A stretch of DNA of 64,000 nt. It comes from Candidatus Latescibacterota bacterium (lineage in GTDB: Bacteria > Latescibacterota > MVCY01 > DTYK01). The notes beneath the pieces are model-generated. The model saw nothing but the letters and a program-made list of their open reading frames with translations, made no database searches and had not been told where the DNA came from. The translations under genes and the position numbers were made by a program. The first letter of the stretch is position 1; each line of letters starts with the position of its first letter. The stretch is taken from the NCBI GenBank assembly GCA_012961925.1, contig DTYK01000230.1:797-64796 (forward strand), written 5' to 3'. Shown here one piece after another: positions 49,054 through 59,092 of this stretch.

Positions 49054-50198
49054 CAAAACCCCTCCTGGGCTAACCTTATGATGGTCGGCAGTATCCTCTC
49101 CAGCTCCTTTTTTATCCTTTGATAGCATCTCCGGTAAGCCTCCAATGGCTTTCCGGCTGGATCGGAGATCGGAATCGTAGAGCCTCGGCCGGCATCGAAC
49201 TCCTTGAGGGTGAAAAGCCGGTCAGGCGAAACCCCCATTTGCCCAACGACGGCCTTCTGTTCAGCAGAAAAGGTGAGGACCAGATCGGCTTCCCTCAGGA
49301 GTTCTTCATTAATTGCGCGGGACCGGTGGGCTGAGATGTCCACCCCATCCTCTCCAGCGGCCGTCACAGCTTCAGGAGCAGGGGGATTCCCATAGGAGGC
49401 GGCTGTGCCTGCCGATGTCACCCGAACCCTTCCGAGGATATCTGCAGGAAGCATCTCTTCAAGGATACCCTTGGCCATAGGACTACGACAGGTATTGCCC
49501 GTACAGACGAACAGTATATTAAAGGTCTCCTTCTGGTCCCTGGTTTCTCCTGGATCTACGTTTAGCAAACCAACCGCCCTTTGGATCTCTTCAACCCCTA
49601 TTCTCCCAGGTCTTATTACCTTAACATACCGGCCGGACACATCCACTACTGTTGATGGCGTCAGATCCTGAAAACAGCCGCCATCTATGACCAAAGAGAC
49701 TTGACCGCCAAAATTCTCCACCACCTCCTGAGCAGAACAGGCAGGTGGTCTTCCTGATATATTGGCGCTGGAAGAGGTCAACGGCTGTCCCAGTATATCG
49801 ACAAGACCGTTTGCAATTGGGCTGCTCGACACCCTGAGGGCAATCGTGTAGCCGTCACCTAACAGATGTTTCGGCAGATCTCGCCTTGCCTTGACCACGA
49901 TCGTCAAAGGCCCTGGCCAGAAGCTTTTCATCAAGGAACGTGCTGTATCGGGCAGCGTCTCCACCAGATGCTTTAACATTCTCTCTCCGGAAATCAGAAG
50001 GCCGATGGGCTTGGTCGGATCCCGTCTCTTCAGTTGATAAATTCTATGCCAAGCCTCCGCATTAAAGGGATTTGCACCCAGGCCGTACACCGTCTCCGTG
50101 GGATAACCCACAACTTCCCCCTGATGGATCAGCCGGGCAGCACGTCTCAGAACCATCTCATCGGGGTTATTCGGGTCTACCGCCACTATCTCTCTCAT
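49053..50198 (-). CDS. fusion protein: L-threonylcarbamoyladenylate synthase (TsaC/YrdC/YwlC domain) + low-molecular-weight protein phosphatase (YwlE-like)
   Basis: N-terminal YrdC fold (..VVGYPTETVYGLGANPFN..SSANISG..). C-terminal LMW-PTP with the CX5R P-loop (FVCTGNTCRSPMA) and a DP motif. Start at the ATG at 50198, which has an AGAAGG Shine-Dalgarno. Confidence 0.8.
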   Translation of the reverse strand: MREIVAVDPNNPDEMVLRRAARLIHQGEVVGYPTETVYGLGANPFNAEAWHRIYQLKRRDPTKPIGLLISGERMLKHLVETLPDTARSLMKSFWPGPLTIVVKARRDLPKHLLGDGYTIALRVSSSPIANGLVDILGQPLTSSSANISGRPPACSAQEVVENFGGQVSLVIDGGCFQDLTPSTVVDVSGRYVKVIRPGRIGVEEIQRAVGLLNVDPGETRDQKETFNILFVCTGNTCRSPMAKGILEEMLPADILGRVRVTSAGTAASYGNPPAPEAVTAAGEDGVDISAHRSRAINEELLREADLVLTFSAEQKAVVGQMGVSPDRLFTLKEFDAGRGSTIPISDPAGKPLEAYRRCYQRIKKELERILPTIIRLAQEGF

Positions 50199-50253
50199 GG
50201 GGACCTTCTTATCTCTTCGCCTGTCCATTTCCAGGCATCTGACTTCGACATCT

Positions 50254-50712
50254 CTATTTCTCTGCCAGCTCTTTCCGGTACTCCTCGAGCCTCTCCCTGA
50301 GGGTCTCGTCGGAAAGGGCAAGTATCTCTGCGGCCAGGATCGCTGCATTCTTCGCGTTGTTAATCCCCACAGTGGCCACCGGAACTCCTGTGGGCATCTG
50401 AACCATCGAACAGAGAGAGTCAAGCCCTGCCAATGGGCCGGCCGATATCGGGAGCCCTATCACCGGTAGGGTTGTATAGGAGGCAATCACACCTGGCAAG
50501 GCCGCGGAAAGACCTGCCGCAGCGATGATCAGCTTCAACCCCCTTGATCCGGCGCCTCTGGCATATTCCTTTGTCCCCTCAGGGTTACGGTGTGCAGAAC
50601 TGACGACAAGTTCGTAATCGATCCCAAACCTGTCCAGTAGCGTAGACGCTTCCTTCACAACCTCAAGGTCAGAACGGCTACCAACCACTATACCGATAAG
50701 CCTCTGTTTCAT
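50254..50712 (-). CDS. purE: N5-carboxyaminoimidazole ribonucleotide mutase
   Basis: Sequence MKQRLIGIVVGSRSDLEVVKEA..SAHRNP..; start at the internal ATG at 50712. Confidence 0.9.
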   Translation of the reverse strand: MKQRLIGIVVGSRSDLEVVKEASTLLDRFGIDYELVVSSAHRNPEGTKEYARGAGSRGLKLIIAAAGLSAALPGVIASYTTLPVIGLPISAGPLAGLDSLCSMVQMPTGVPVATVGINNAKNAAILAAEILALSDETLRERLEEYRKELAEK

Positions 50713-50784
50713 CACCCTTTCCCGGTGTTTAACTTCCCATCTGGTAATTTCATAATTTATTTCTATCCAGCCACCATATGACAC

Positions 50785-52074
50785 TTAGCCTTCCTGAAGT
50801 CTTTTCAGGGCCTTGTATCCGATGTCTTGTCTGTAGTGCATGCCTTCAAAGCTGATCCGCCTTACCGCCTCGTATGCCCTATCTATTGCCGTAGTGATAT
50901 CTTTCCCAATGGCTGTAACCCCAAGGACTCTGCCACCATTGGTCAATATCTTGTCCCTTTCGGTCTTAGTCCCGGCATGAAACACGACGACACCTTCCAA
51001 CTCCTCAGCCTGATCCAGGCCCGAAATCTCCTTCCCCTTCTCGTAGGATCCTGGATAACCCCCTGAGGCTATAACAACGCAGACAGCTGCCCGGGTATCC
51101 ACCTCACACCCCACTTCATCCAGCCTGCCATCGGAGATGGCTATTAACAGGTCCAGGAGATCCGCTCTGAGGAGTGGAAGGACGACCTGCGACTCGGGAT
51201 CACCAAAACGGCAATTAAACTCCAGAACCTGAGGGCCATCATTGGTGACCATCAAACCGGCATATAGAACCCCTTTATAAGGTATACCCTCAGCCTCCAT
51301 CGCATTGATGGTCGGGGTTACTATCCGTTGAGTTATCTGTTCTGAGAGCTCCCGCGTGATGACAGGAGCAGGAGCATAAGCACCCATCCCTCCAGTATTG
51401 GGGCCCCGGTCATCGTCGAAGATCCGTTTGTGGTCCTGAGAAGAGGCCAGGGTAACTACGGTATTCCCATCGGTCAGGGCAGTTATGGTAGCCTCTTCAC
51501 CTTCTATATAGTCCTCTACAATAACCTTGTTCCCCGAATCCCCGAAGATCCTATGGACCATTATCGTTTCGACAGCCTTTACTGCTTCCTCCACCTCCAT
51601 AGCGATGATAGACCCCTTCCCAGCAGCGAGACCATCCGCCTTCACCACAATTGGAGCACCCTTTGCCTCAATGTATTCGATCGCTTCATTCGGCGATTCG
51701 AACACCTCAAAATTGGGTGTTGGGATGTCGTACTTTCTCATCAGTTCCTTGGCAAAAACCTTGCTGCCCTCGATCTGAGCTGCCCTTTTCGAGGGACCGA
51801 AGATCATCAGTCCGTCCTTCTCAAACCTGTCAACGATGCCTTTAACCAGTGGAGCTTCAGGGCCGACTACTGTCAGATCTACACCTTCCTTACATGCAAA
51901 ATCGACCAGAGCATCTATATCGGTTGGTTCGATGGATACTGAGCGAGCGATCCTGGAGGTTCCTGCGTTGCCTGGCGAGACATATATCCTTTCCACTTTG
52001 GAACTCTGACCGATCTTCCAGGCCAGGGTATGCTCTCTGCCCCCACCACCAACTATCAGGACTTTCATAGCCAT
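50785..52074 (-). CDS. purD: phosphoribosylamine--glycine ligase
   Basis: Sequence MAMKVLIVGGGGREHTLAWKI.., ATP-grasp; 429 aa. Confidence 0.95.
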   Translation of the reverse strand: MAMKVLIVGGGGREHTLAWKIGQSSKVERIYVSPGNAGTSRIARSVSIEPTDIDALVDFACKEGVDLTVVGPEAPLVKGIVDRFEKDGLMIFGPSKRAAQIEGSKVFAKELMRKYDIPTPNFEVFESPNEAIEYIEAKGAPIVVKADGLAAGKGSIIAMEVEEAVKAVETIMVHRIFGDSGNKVIVEDYIEGEEATITALTDGNTVVTLASSQDHKRIFDDDRGPNTGGMGAYAPAPVITRELSEQITQRIVTPTINAMEAEGIPYKGVLYAGLMVTNDGPQVLEFNCRFGDPESQVVLPLLRADLLDLLIAISDGRLDEVGCEVDTRAAVCVVIASGGYPGSYEKGKEISGLDQAEELEGVVVFHAGTKTERDKILTNGGRVLGVTAIGKDITTAIDRAYEAVRRISFEGMHYRQDIGYKALKRLQEG

Positions 52075-52125
52075 CTCCTTCTTTCTCTTCTGTCCCCCGA
52101 TCTTTAATCGTCCTCTACTTGTCTC

Positions 52126-53010
52126 CTACTCCAGGTACCCGAACTCCCTCAGGGCTGAGTCTTTCTTCCTCCAATTTTTTCGGACCTTTACCCATAGGTC
52201 CAGATATACCGGACGATCCAGGAAGGCTTCTATCTTCTGCCTTGATGATGCCCCGATCTTCTTGAGCATCGCCCCTCCAGCTCCAATAACGATGCCCTTC
52301 TGGGATTCTTTCTCCACATAGATGATTGCCCTGATATAATCCTTACCTTCCTTTTCTTCGAACTGGTCTATCTTCACCGCGATTGAATAGGGAATCTCCT
52401 GTCTCAGTTTCTCAAAGACCTCCTCCCTGATCATCTCGGCCGTGAAAAACCGTTCAGGTTGGATTGAAAGCACATCCTCCGGGTAGAGGAATGGGCCGAT
52501 AGGAAGATTTTGCTCAATCAGGACCTTCAACTGATCAAGGTTGTCCCCTCTCAGGGCAGATATGAACACAATCCTGTCCGGGTGCTGATGGTCTCCCAGT
52601 TCCCTGTTGATGATGGAAAGGGTCTCCTGGTCAGCACAATCTATCTTGTTGACAGCTACGATACTGGGCTTTTTTGCCCTGGACAGGCTTTCCCGCAGGA
52701 TCTCGTCAAAACTGAACTCGAAATCCGACGCATCAACCATGAACAATAACAGGTCAGAGTCTTTGACACAAGTCTCTATCTGTTTGACCATAGCCTCCTG
52801 CAGTCGGTATTTCGGGTCCAGGAGGCCGGGGGTGTCAAGGAATATAGCTTGCAGGGTATCGGTTGTCAGGATGCCAACGACCCTTGCCCTTGTCGTCTGT
52901 GGCTTGGCCGTAACAATCGAGAGCTTCTGTCCGAGAAGCGCGTTCAAGAGGGTCGATTTGCCTACGTTGGGCCGACCAAGAATGGCAACATATCCAGATT
53001 TAGTCACCAC
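52126..53010 (-). CDS. era: GTPase Era
   Basis: G1 motif GRPNVGKSTLLN, G3 DTPG, and a C-terminal KH domain; 294 aa. Confidence 0.95.
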   Translation of the reverse strand: MVTKSGYVAILGRPNVGKSTLLNALLGQKLSIVTAKPQTTRARVVGILTTDTLQAIFLDTPGLLDPKYRLQEAMVKQIETCVKDSDLLLFMVDASDFEFSFDEILRESLSRAKKPSIVAVNKIDCADQETLSIINRELGDHQHPDRIVFISALRGDNLDQLKVLIEQNLPIGPFLYPEDVLSIQPERFFTAEMIREEVFEKLRQEIPYSIAVKIDQFEEKEGKDYIRAIIYVEKESQKGIVIGAGGAMLKKIGASSRQKIEAFLDRPVYLDLWVKVRKNWRKKDSALREFGYLE

Positions 53011-53576
53011 CGGGATATCTGCTCCTCGACCAATTCACAGACAATATGATAGGCTGTCAGGTGCCCTTCTTGGATGAGGGGCGACCCTTCGGCTGGAACA
53101 ATAAGGGGAACATCTACCAGATCTTTCAGCTTGCCACCTTCTCCACCGGTGAAACCGACAGTTGACATCCCGATTTTTCTGGCGGTCTCCACTGCTCTGA
53201 GGACGTTGGGTGAACTGCCGCTGGTTGAGAAGGCTATCAGGAGGTCCCCTGGTCTACCCAACGCTTCAACCTGACGGGCGAAGACGGTCTCGAAACCATA
53301 GTCATTTGAGATTGCAGTCAAGACTGATGTGTCTGTGGAAAGGGCTATCACGGGTATCCCCTTCCGTTCCAACCTGAACCTTCCGACCATCTCACCAGCG
53401 AAATGCTGACAGTCGGCAGCAGACCCACCGTTTCCGCAAAGCAGCACCTTACCCTCTGTCCGGATGACCTGGATGATCAGCTCGGCTATCCTGGCAATCA
53501 GATCGGCGGTCTCCTTTACCATCTCCTCTTTCAGGCTGGCGCTTCTCAGCAACCTCTCCCTTATCCTCTCTATCAT
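53004..53576 (-). CDS. gmhA: D-sedoheptulose-7-phosphate isomerase (SIS domain)
   Basis: Sequence ..KVLLCGNGGSAADCQHFAGEMVGRF..; 190 aa. Confidence 0.8.
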   Translation of the reverse strand: MIERIRERLLRSASLKEEMVKETADLIARIAELIIQVIRTEGKVLLCGNGGSAADCQHFAGEMVGRFRLERKGIPVIALSTDTSVLTAISNDYGFETVFARQVEALGRPGDLLIAFSTSGSSPNVLRAVETARKIGMSTVGFTGGEGGKLKDLVDVPLIVPAEGSPLIQEGHLTAYHIVCELVEEQISRW

Positions 53577-53686
53577 TTCGAACTTTGCTTTCCTCCGCGA
53601 TTCACCGGAGATAATCCATCAAGGTACGGCCTGACCATAGCATCGGAGGATCAACACTATTCCCCGATCGCAGGATCTCACCGTTT

Positions 53687-54649
53687 TTAAAGCTTGAACG
53701 ACAGGGAGATCCTGTGTGTATCATCCAGCTCCTCATGCTGCAGGAAGGCATAGTCGATACCAACCCTTCTGTAAATCCTCAGGCCAACGCCCGCTGTGAA
53801 ATGCCGCCTCTGAACCCCCAGCCTGAGGGCAACCAGATCCCTGTACCACCATTCCAGCCCAGCATTTATGGACTTATCAGGGACCTCTCTACCTCTTTGC
53901 GTTCCAACTCCCCCAGCCACCCGGCTCTTCAGGAAGGGGACGGATCTTGAGTACGCCACGCCCATTCTTAGGCTGGGCAAGATAACATCCCTGGCGCCCG
54001 TGTCCCACCATTCGACCGTTGTAGATGTGATATCACAGAGACTTATCCCCACGGAAAGTCCAGAAATCGGCTCATATAAGACACTCACGTCGATCCCATA
54101 TCCAGAGGCCGTGTCATCTCCGATCTTCCGTCTGATTATCTTAACGCTCGATCCGATCGAAATGTCCCCACGAACTGACCTGCCATAGGAAAGGTAGAAA
54201 GCATAGTCGGTGTTGCCCACGACCCTGTAGACTTCCGGCCGGTTCGTAGAACTTAAGGCCTCCCGCGGAACTTGTAGCCTGGTGTACTTAATGTCGTCAA
54301 CGCCGGTCCTTAGGAGGCTGATACCGAAGCCTCCGGTCCCCCCAGCAGGAAGCACACAACCAGCAAAATCGCTCTTGACAATTCCTGCGAACCGTTCAGA
54401 ATGTGAAAGGATCAGCTCTGCAGTATCCAGCCGGGGTATGGCTGCAGGATTCCAGTAACCCGCCGTCGCGTCGTTACTCAGAGCCACGAAGACGCTTCCA
54501 AATGTTTCTGCTCTGGCCCCGGTTCCAAGCCATAAGAAATCGCCTGCATATCTGACCGATGCCGACACAACTCCCCATCTCGTCAGGGAGAGCACAAGGG
54601 CAAAAACCGTCACTAACCTGTTAAGTCGCATCTGCTTCTGAGAGGACAT
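53687..54649 (-). CDS. hypothetical secreted/outer-membrane protein (predicted beta-barrel)
   Basis: N-terminal signal-like hydrophobic segment, then alternating amphipathic beta-strand pattern rich in G/Y/W, ending ..SLSFKL. No confident family assignment. Confidence 0.35.
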   Translation of the reverse strand: MSSQKQMRLNRLVTVFALVLSLTRWGVVSASVRYAGDFLWLGTGARAETFGSVFVALSNDATAGYWNPAAIPRLDTAELILSHSERFAGIVKSDFAGCVLPAGGTGGFGISLLRTGVDDIKYTRLQVPREALSSTNRPEVYRVVGNTDYAFYLSYGRSVRGDISIGSSVKIIRRKIGDDTASGYGIDVSVLYEPISGLSVGISLCDITSTTVEWWDTGARDVILPSLRMGVAYSRSVPFLKSRVAGGVGTQRGREVPDKSINAGLEWWYRDLVALRLGVQRRHFTAGVGLRIYRRVGIDYAFLQHEELDDTHRISLSFKL

Positions 54650-54811
54650 GCCAAGATTGTAAAATGAGAGATTGCCTATAAAGTTACTTCAATCGGTGAA
54701 TCTTGTCAAGGGGTTTCTCGCTGGACCCATTGTTTTCACATTCCATCCCTAATGGGACGGGTTAAAACCTGGTGCCTGGTGATAAAGTCCTCAAAAATTA
54801 ACTCCGGAAGT

Positions 54812-56149
54812 TCACCTCACGAGGACAAGCTGGATGTCCATCACATTAGTGCCCGTTGGACCTGTGATGACCAGATCTTCAAGGGGCTCGAAGAGATTAT
54901 AGGAGTCGTTCTCTTCAAGACACTTTGAGGGGGAGAGTCCCAGTTCGGTTGACCGACGGATGGTGTCTCCATCGGCCACAGCGCCTGCTGCATCTGTGGG
55001 GCCATCTGTTCCGTCGGTGCCTGCACTGAAGATGACCACATCTCCGATCCCCTCAATTTCAATCGCCGCCGAAAGCACGAACTCCTGATTTCTTCCCCCT
55101 TTACCCCGGCCGTGGATGGTGACCGTCGGTTCCCCGCCACTTATGAGGCATGCAGGAGGAGGTACTGGATTACCTGAGCATCGGATCTCTTTCGCCAGAG
55201 CAGCATGGACCTTAGCCACCTCCCTGGCCTCCCCTTCAATCTGGGACGATAATATCAGTGTGTTGTATCCAAGAGAGAGTGCCTTTTCTCTGGCCCCCTT
55301 AACGGCAATACGGTTGCTTCCGATGATGAGATTCTGACAACGGTCGAAGGCTCGATCTCCCTGTTTCGGTGTCTCTTCAACCAGGCCGGTTGCACCGGAC
55401 TCAAGATACTGAATAACATTCTCCGGCATCCTGTGATAAAGGCCATATCGTCTGACCACCTCCAAGCAGCAGGCAAAGGTAGTGCTATCCGGGCTCGTCG
55501 GGCCAGAGGCGATTACGTCCAATCTGTCACCCACCACATCGGAGAGGATGAGGGAAACTACCCGGGCCGGATAGGCCATCTCACATAACCTGCCTCCTTT
55601 GACCCTGGAGAGATGTTTTCTAAGGGCGTTTATCTCGTCGATCCTTGCGCCACACTCCAAAAGCAACTGCGTCGTCTGCTGTTTTTCTTCGAGGGTTATA
55701 CCCTCGGCAGGGGAGGCCATCAAGGCGGACCCGCCACCGGACAGCAGGCAGAGGACGAGCGTCCGCTCATCGGCCTCTTCCAACCACCGGATCATCCTCT
55801 CTGTCCCCTCAACGCTCTTCTGATCAGGTAATGGATGTCCCGCCTCGTTTACCTCAATCCGGCCCAATGGACCGGAATGGCCGTACTTTGTAGTTATAAC
55901 TCCTCCTGTAAGATGGTCACCTAAGATAGCTTCAACCGCCCGGGCCATAGGGACGGATGCCTTCCCGGCGCCCACAACTATGGTCCGGGAGAAATCGGCA
56001 AGATCATAGCAGACCTCACCAACCCGAAGCGTTCTTCCGGTCAGGGCGAGGTTGCGTCTTATGCACGCCGAGGGATCTGCCGCATCCAGCGAGGCACGGA
56101 ATATGTTGAGGGCGTCCTCCCTCATCTCTCTGACTCTTTCGTTTCGCAC
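54812..56149 (-). CDS. glycerate 2-kinase (MOFRL family)
   Basis: Sequence ..IVVGAGKASVPMARAVE.., plus a C-terminal MOFRL domain; 445 aa. Confidence 0.8.
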   Translation of the reverse strand: MRNERVREMREDALNIFRASLDAADPSACIRRNLALTGRTLRVGEVCYDLADFSRTIVVGAGKASVPMARAVEAILGDHLTGGVITTKYGHSGPLGRIEVNEAGHPLPDQKSVEGTERMIRWLEEADERTLVLCLLSGGGSALMASPAEGITLEEKQQTTQLLLECGARIDEINALRKHLSRVKGGRLCEMAYPARVVSLILSDVVGDRLDVIASGPTSPDSTTFACCLEVVRRYGLYHRMPENVIQYLESGATGLVEETPKQGDRAFDRCQNLIIGSNRIAVKGAREKALSLGYNTLILSSQIEGEAREVAKVHAALAKEIRCSGNPVPPPACLISGGEPTVTIHGRGKGGRNQEFVLSAAIEIEGIGDVVIFSAGTDGTDGPTDAAGAVADGDTIRRSTELGLSPSKCLEENDSYNLFEPLEDLVITGPTGTNVMDIQLVLVR

Positions 56150-56282
56150 GACCCAACTTCCTATGGTCTGCGGTAAGCCACAGGCTCACCCCTCGCAATC
56201 TTGCTCAGCCCCTGCAGTCGAAAGAGGCGTCCGTCCTTGACTTTCTCGGTCGCCCTTTGAGATCATAACGAAAAGCAGAATA

Positions 56283-56618
56283 TCAATACGTTATCTTATC
56301 CTCGGGCAGATAGGGAACCTTGATGAAAACCACCTTCGTCTCTTCTTTTGTGTCGTTGACGATGTCGTGTTTCTCCCCCGGCTCTATCCGGAAGGCATCC
56401 CCAACCTCTACCCGATATTGAACATCATCAACCACCATCTTTGGCGTCCCCTGGAAGAAGTAGAAGGTCTCCTCGACCTCCCTATGGCCATGGGCCCCCA
56501 TGGTCTCCCCAGGTTTTAGAAGAATAACTCCCCAGTCGATTCTGGGCCCGCGGAGCAAGTATTTGACCCCTGAGGTGCCGCCACGGTAAGCCCGGTCCTT
56601 CTCGTTCATCTTCTCCAT
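56283..56618 (-). CDS. cupin-domain protein
   Basis: 111 aa with a G(X)5HXH-type cupin motif (GETMGAHGHREVEE). Confidence 0.55.
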   Translation of the reverse strand: MEKMNEKDRAYRGGTSGVKYLLRGPRIDWGVILLKPGETMGAHGHREVEETFYFFQGTPKMVVDDVQYRVEVGDAFRIEPGEKHDIVNDTKEETKVVFIKVPYLPEDKITY

Positions 56619-56672
56619 ACCATCTCTCCTCTTGATAGTAATGGATAACCTGATATCTTTTTGCGATTCATA

Positions 56673-57791
56673 CTATATGACGGCCAGGAGTATACCCTTA
56701 AGCTCCTCATCAGATGCCTCGCGAGGGTTTTTGCTCATACTGGAACTCCTGGCTCCGGAGACGATCCTGTCGAGATCGAACTCTGATATCCCATATCCTT
56801 TGAAGGATTCCGGGATTTTGATCCTCCGTTCCAGCTCTCGTATCTTTTCAATGGACCCTTCGGCCGTATCAGCACCGAAGGCGACTGCCAATTGATAGTA
56901 CTTGTCACGGCTGGACTGTAGGTTGAACGACATTACATGGGGTAGTAGCACTGCACAGACAAGGCCATGCGGGATGTTGAAAAGAGCACCTATTGGGTGG
57001 GCAAGCCCGTGCACAGCACCCAGCCCAGAGTTTGAGAAGGCCATGGCTCCGAGCAGGCTTCCGAGCGCCATTTGATATCGAGCCTGTCGGTTGTGACTAT
57101 CCTCCACGGCAACAGGTAGGTTATGGTATATTATCTCTGCGGCCCGCAAAGCCAGGATGTCGGTCACAGGATTGGATGCCCTTGTCACATAGGCCTCTAT
57201 AGCCTGGGTCAGCGCATCCATCCCTGTCTGCGCAGTGATTTCGGGCGGCATTGTCACTGTAAGCTCGGGATCCACCAGCGCAAGCCTGGCTATCATCATT
57301 GGACTACGAAGGCTTTTCTTAACCTCCTTTTCCCTATCTATCAGAACGGCATTGTTCGTAATTTCCGCCCCGGTCCCGGCCGTTGTAGGGATTGCTACGA
57401 AAGGTAACCCGGAATTCTCTATTTCCCTACCCCGATGGTAATCCCAGATCGTCCCCTCCTGTCCGGCTATGACAGCGATGGCCTTTCCCACATCTATTGC
57501 GCTTCCGCCTCCAAGGGCCACCACAAGGTCGCACTCCTCACTGCGTGCCAATTTAACGCCCCTATCTACAATGGACAGGCAGGGATCACGTTCGACATGA
57601 TCGAACAAACAGGTGCCGAGTCCCCGTGACATAAGGATCTGTCGGACCCTGTCTAAGGCACCCGCCCGTTGCATCGCAGACCTACCTGTCACCAGGAGGG
57701 CTTTTGTGCCAAGACACTTAGCCTCTTTGCCGAGAAGCTCCAGAACACCCTCCCCGAATATGATCTTCGTGGGGTACATCAGTGTGAACAT
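56673..57791 (-). CDS. iron-containing alcohol dehydrogenase
   Basis: 372 aa with the Fe-ADH fold (..GGGSAIDVGKAIA.., His-rich metal site ..AVHGLAHPIGA..). Confidence 0.8.
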   Translation of the reverse strand: MFTLMYPTKIIFGEGVLELLGKEAKCLGTKALLVTGRSAMQRAGALDRVRQILMSRGLGTCLFDHVERDPCLSIVDRGVKLARSEECDLVVALGGGSAIDVGKAIAVIAGQEGTIWDYHRGREIENSGLPFVAIPTTAGTGAEITNNAVLIDREKEVKKSLRSPMMIARLALVDPELTVTMPPEITAQTGMDALTQAIEAYVTRASNPVTDILALRAAEIIYHNLPVAVEDSHNRQARYQMALGSLLGAMAFSNSGLGAVHGLAHPIGALFNIPHGLVCAVLLPHVMSFNLQSSRDKYYQLAVAFGADTAEGSIEKIRELERRIKIPESFKGYGISEFDLDRIVSGARSSSMSKNPREASDEELKGILLAVI

Positions 57792-57803
57792 GGGATGCTC
57801 CTT

Positions 57804-58703
57804 TTACCTTGAGAGGCCAAGCAGGACAGAGCCTGCTGTGGCAGTTGCCATTCCCAGCAGAATTTCTTTCTTATGTACCGGGTAATTTATCTCCTTAAAG
57901 AACACGATGCCTACTGCGACTGCAACCACAGTGTTCAGATTTGATAAGGGCCAGGCTACAGCGACCCCCACCATTTTGATAGACCGGGCCAGAGCTGTCA
58001 CTGCCAGGGCCCAGATTATACCACCCAGCAACCCGAGTATCTGATTCCTCGAGGTTTCCCTTAGCCATTCTGAGATCCTGCGGCGTTGGGGCAGGGAGAG
58101 GATCAAAACACCGAGCAGGCAACCCTGTCCCATAAAGACTATGAGCTCCTCCAAGGAGACACCTCTAAGCATCACCATTTTGAAAGGAATCGTATATGAT
58201 GCATAAGACCCAGCCGCCAGGAGGCCAAATATCACGCCCAACGATGTTGATGAACTATGATTGTCTCCGGTATTATAGCTTGTTCTGGCCAACAGTACAG
58301 CAGTCCCTGCGATCAGAATACTTCCAGCAGTCGCCGTAAGTGGGTCCGTGGTCTTATACTCGTCGAAGAAGAGCATCCCTATGCCGGTGCCGAGCACAGC
58401 AGTTGTGTTTTTCACCGGTGTAGCCCTGGACAACCCCATCCACCTGACGGAGGCTATGAAGCAGAATGTACCCAGAGCCCATAGCAGTCCGCACACATAG
58501 GAAAGGGCTATTTCAGCCGACCCCGCTGTCCAGCTCCTGTCTAAGACGAGCTTAAGACTGATAGTTGTCACCAATACCCCTACGCACATGCTGAGGAGGT
58601 GCGAATGTGGGGAGGCGTCGGACAACTTCCTGGGGACCATATAGAGCCCAAAGAGCAACATGCTGAGAAAACCGTAAGACAGTCCAAGGGCTGTCTCTCC
58701 CAT
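57804..58703 (-). CDS. DMT-superfamily (EamA/GRP-like) integral membrane transporter
   Basis: 299 aa, about 10 predicted transmembrane helices, duplicated 5-TM organisation. Confidence 0.55.
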   Translation of the reverse strand: MGETALGLSYGFLSMLLFGLYMVPRKLSDASPHSHLLSMCVGVLVTTISLKLVLDRSWTAGSAEIALSYVCGLLWALGTFCFIASVRWMGLSRATPVKNTTAVLGTGIGMLFFDEYKTTDPLTATAGSILIAGTAVLLARTSYNTGDNHSSSTSLGVIFGLLAAGSYASYTIPFKMVMLRGVSLEELIVFMGQGCLLGVLILSLPQRRRISEWLRETSRNQILGLLGGIIWALAVTALARSIKMVGVAVAWPLSNLNTVVAVAVGIVFFKEINYPVHKKEILLGMATATAGSVLLGLSR

Positions 58704-58779
58704 TCGACATAAGCTCCTGTTTTAAGCTTTACAATACAATTAATTTAACAAATATTGCTAAAAAAGCAAGACAAAAATA

Positions 58780-58809
58780 GCTGTGTCGGTGGGGCACAGC
58801 CTTTTCCTT
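58780..58809. terminator. orphan bidirectional intrinsic-terminator-like hairpin (A-run, GCTGTG-loop-CACAGC, T-run)
   Basis: Sequence aaaaatAGCTGTGtcggtggggCACAGCCttttcc, with an A-tract 5' and a T-tract 3'. No convergent genes; it sits ~80 nt upstream of the DMT transporter start. Confidence 0.35.
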
Positions 58810-58899
58810 CAGATCCTTTCGGGTAGATATTCACACTCCTGCTATTAGCAGTGCTGCCAACATTGGTGAGGAGAGAGCGCCCCGGGAAACCGTGGATTA

Positions 58900-58913
58900 C
58901 CCTATGTATAGGG
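58900..58913. promoter_or_regulatory. perfect palindrome CCCTATGTATAGGG ~45 nt upstream of the ABC-operon -35; candidate operator
   Basis: 14-nt dyad read directly from the sequence. Confidence 0.3.
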
Positions 58914-58956
58914 CCTTAGACAGGCAAAAAGTCAAAGATCGCTACCACAAACTTTG

Positions 58957-58985
58957 TTGACCGGTGGCCACTTTTCTCTTATATT
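58957..58985 (+). promoter_or_regulatory. sigma70-like promoter of the ABC transporter operon (-35 TTGACC, 17-bp spacer, -10 TATATT)
   Basis: TTGACC-ggtggccacttttctct-TATATT, about 120 nt upstream of the substrate-binding-protein start. Confidence 0.45.
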
Positions 58986-59051
58986 ACATAGGGCTGTGCC
59001 TTGCACGTAGATTCCTTGTAGTATAAACGCTCGAAATAAAACTGATTCGAA

Positions 59052-59092
59052 AGATTCGGCTTCTTTCAGTGTTAATCTTCCAGGATTTGGGC
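59052..59092. repeat. copy 3 of the ~40-nt conserved motif (GATTCGGCTTCTTTCAGTGTTAATCTTCC-AGGATTTGG) in the ABC-operon leader
   Basis: Aligns with 16089-16131 and 44388-44426. Confidence 0.5.

Noticed and set aside
59052-59092. Interpretation of the TTTCAGTGTT motif as a sigma-54 or sigma-28 promoter
   Set aside because: It lacks the GG-N10-GC (-24/-12) and TAAA-N15-GCCGATAA patterns. The motif also occurs in both orientations relative to downstream genes and abuts the Shine-Dalgarno in copy 3, leaving no room for a 5' UTR.
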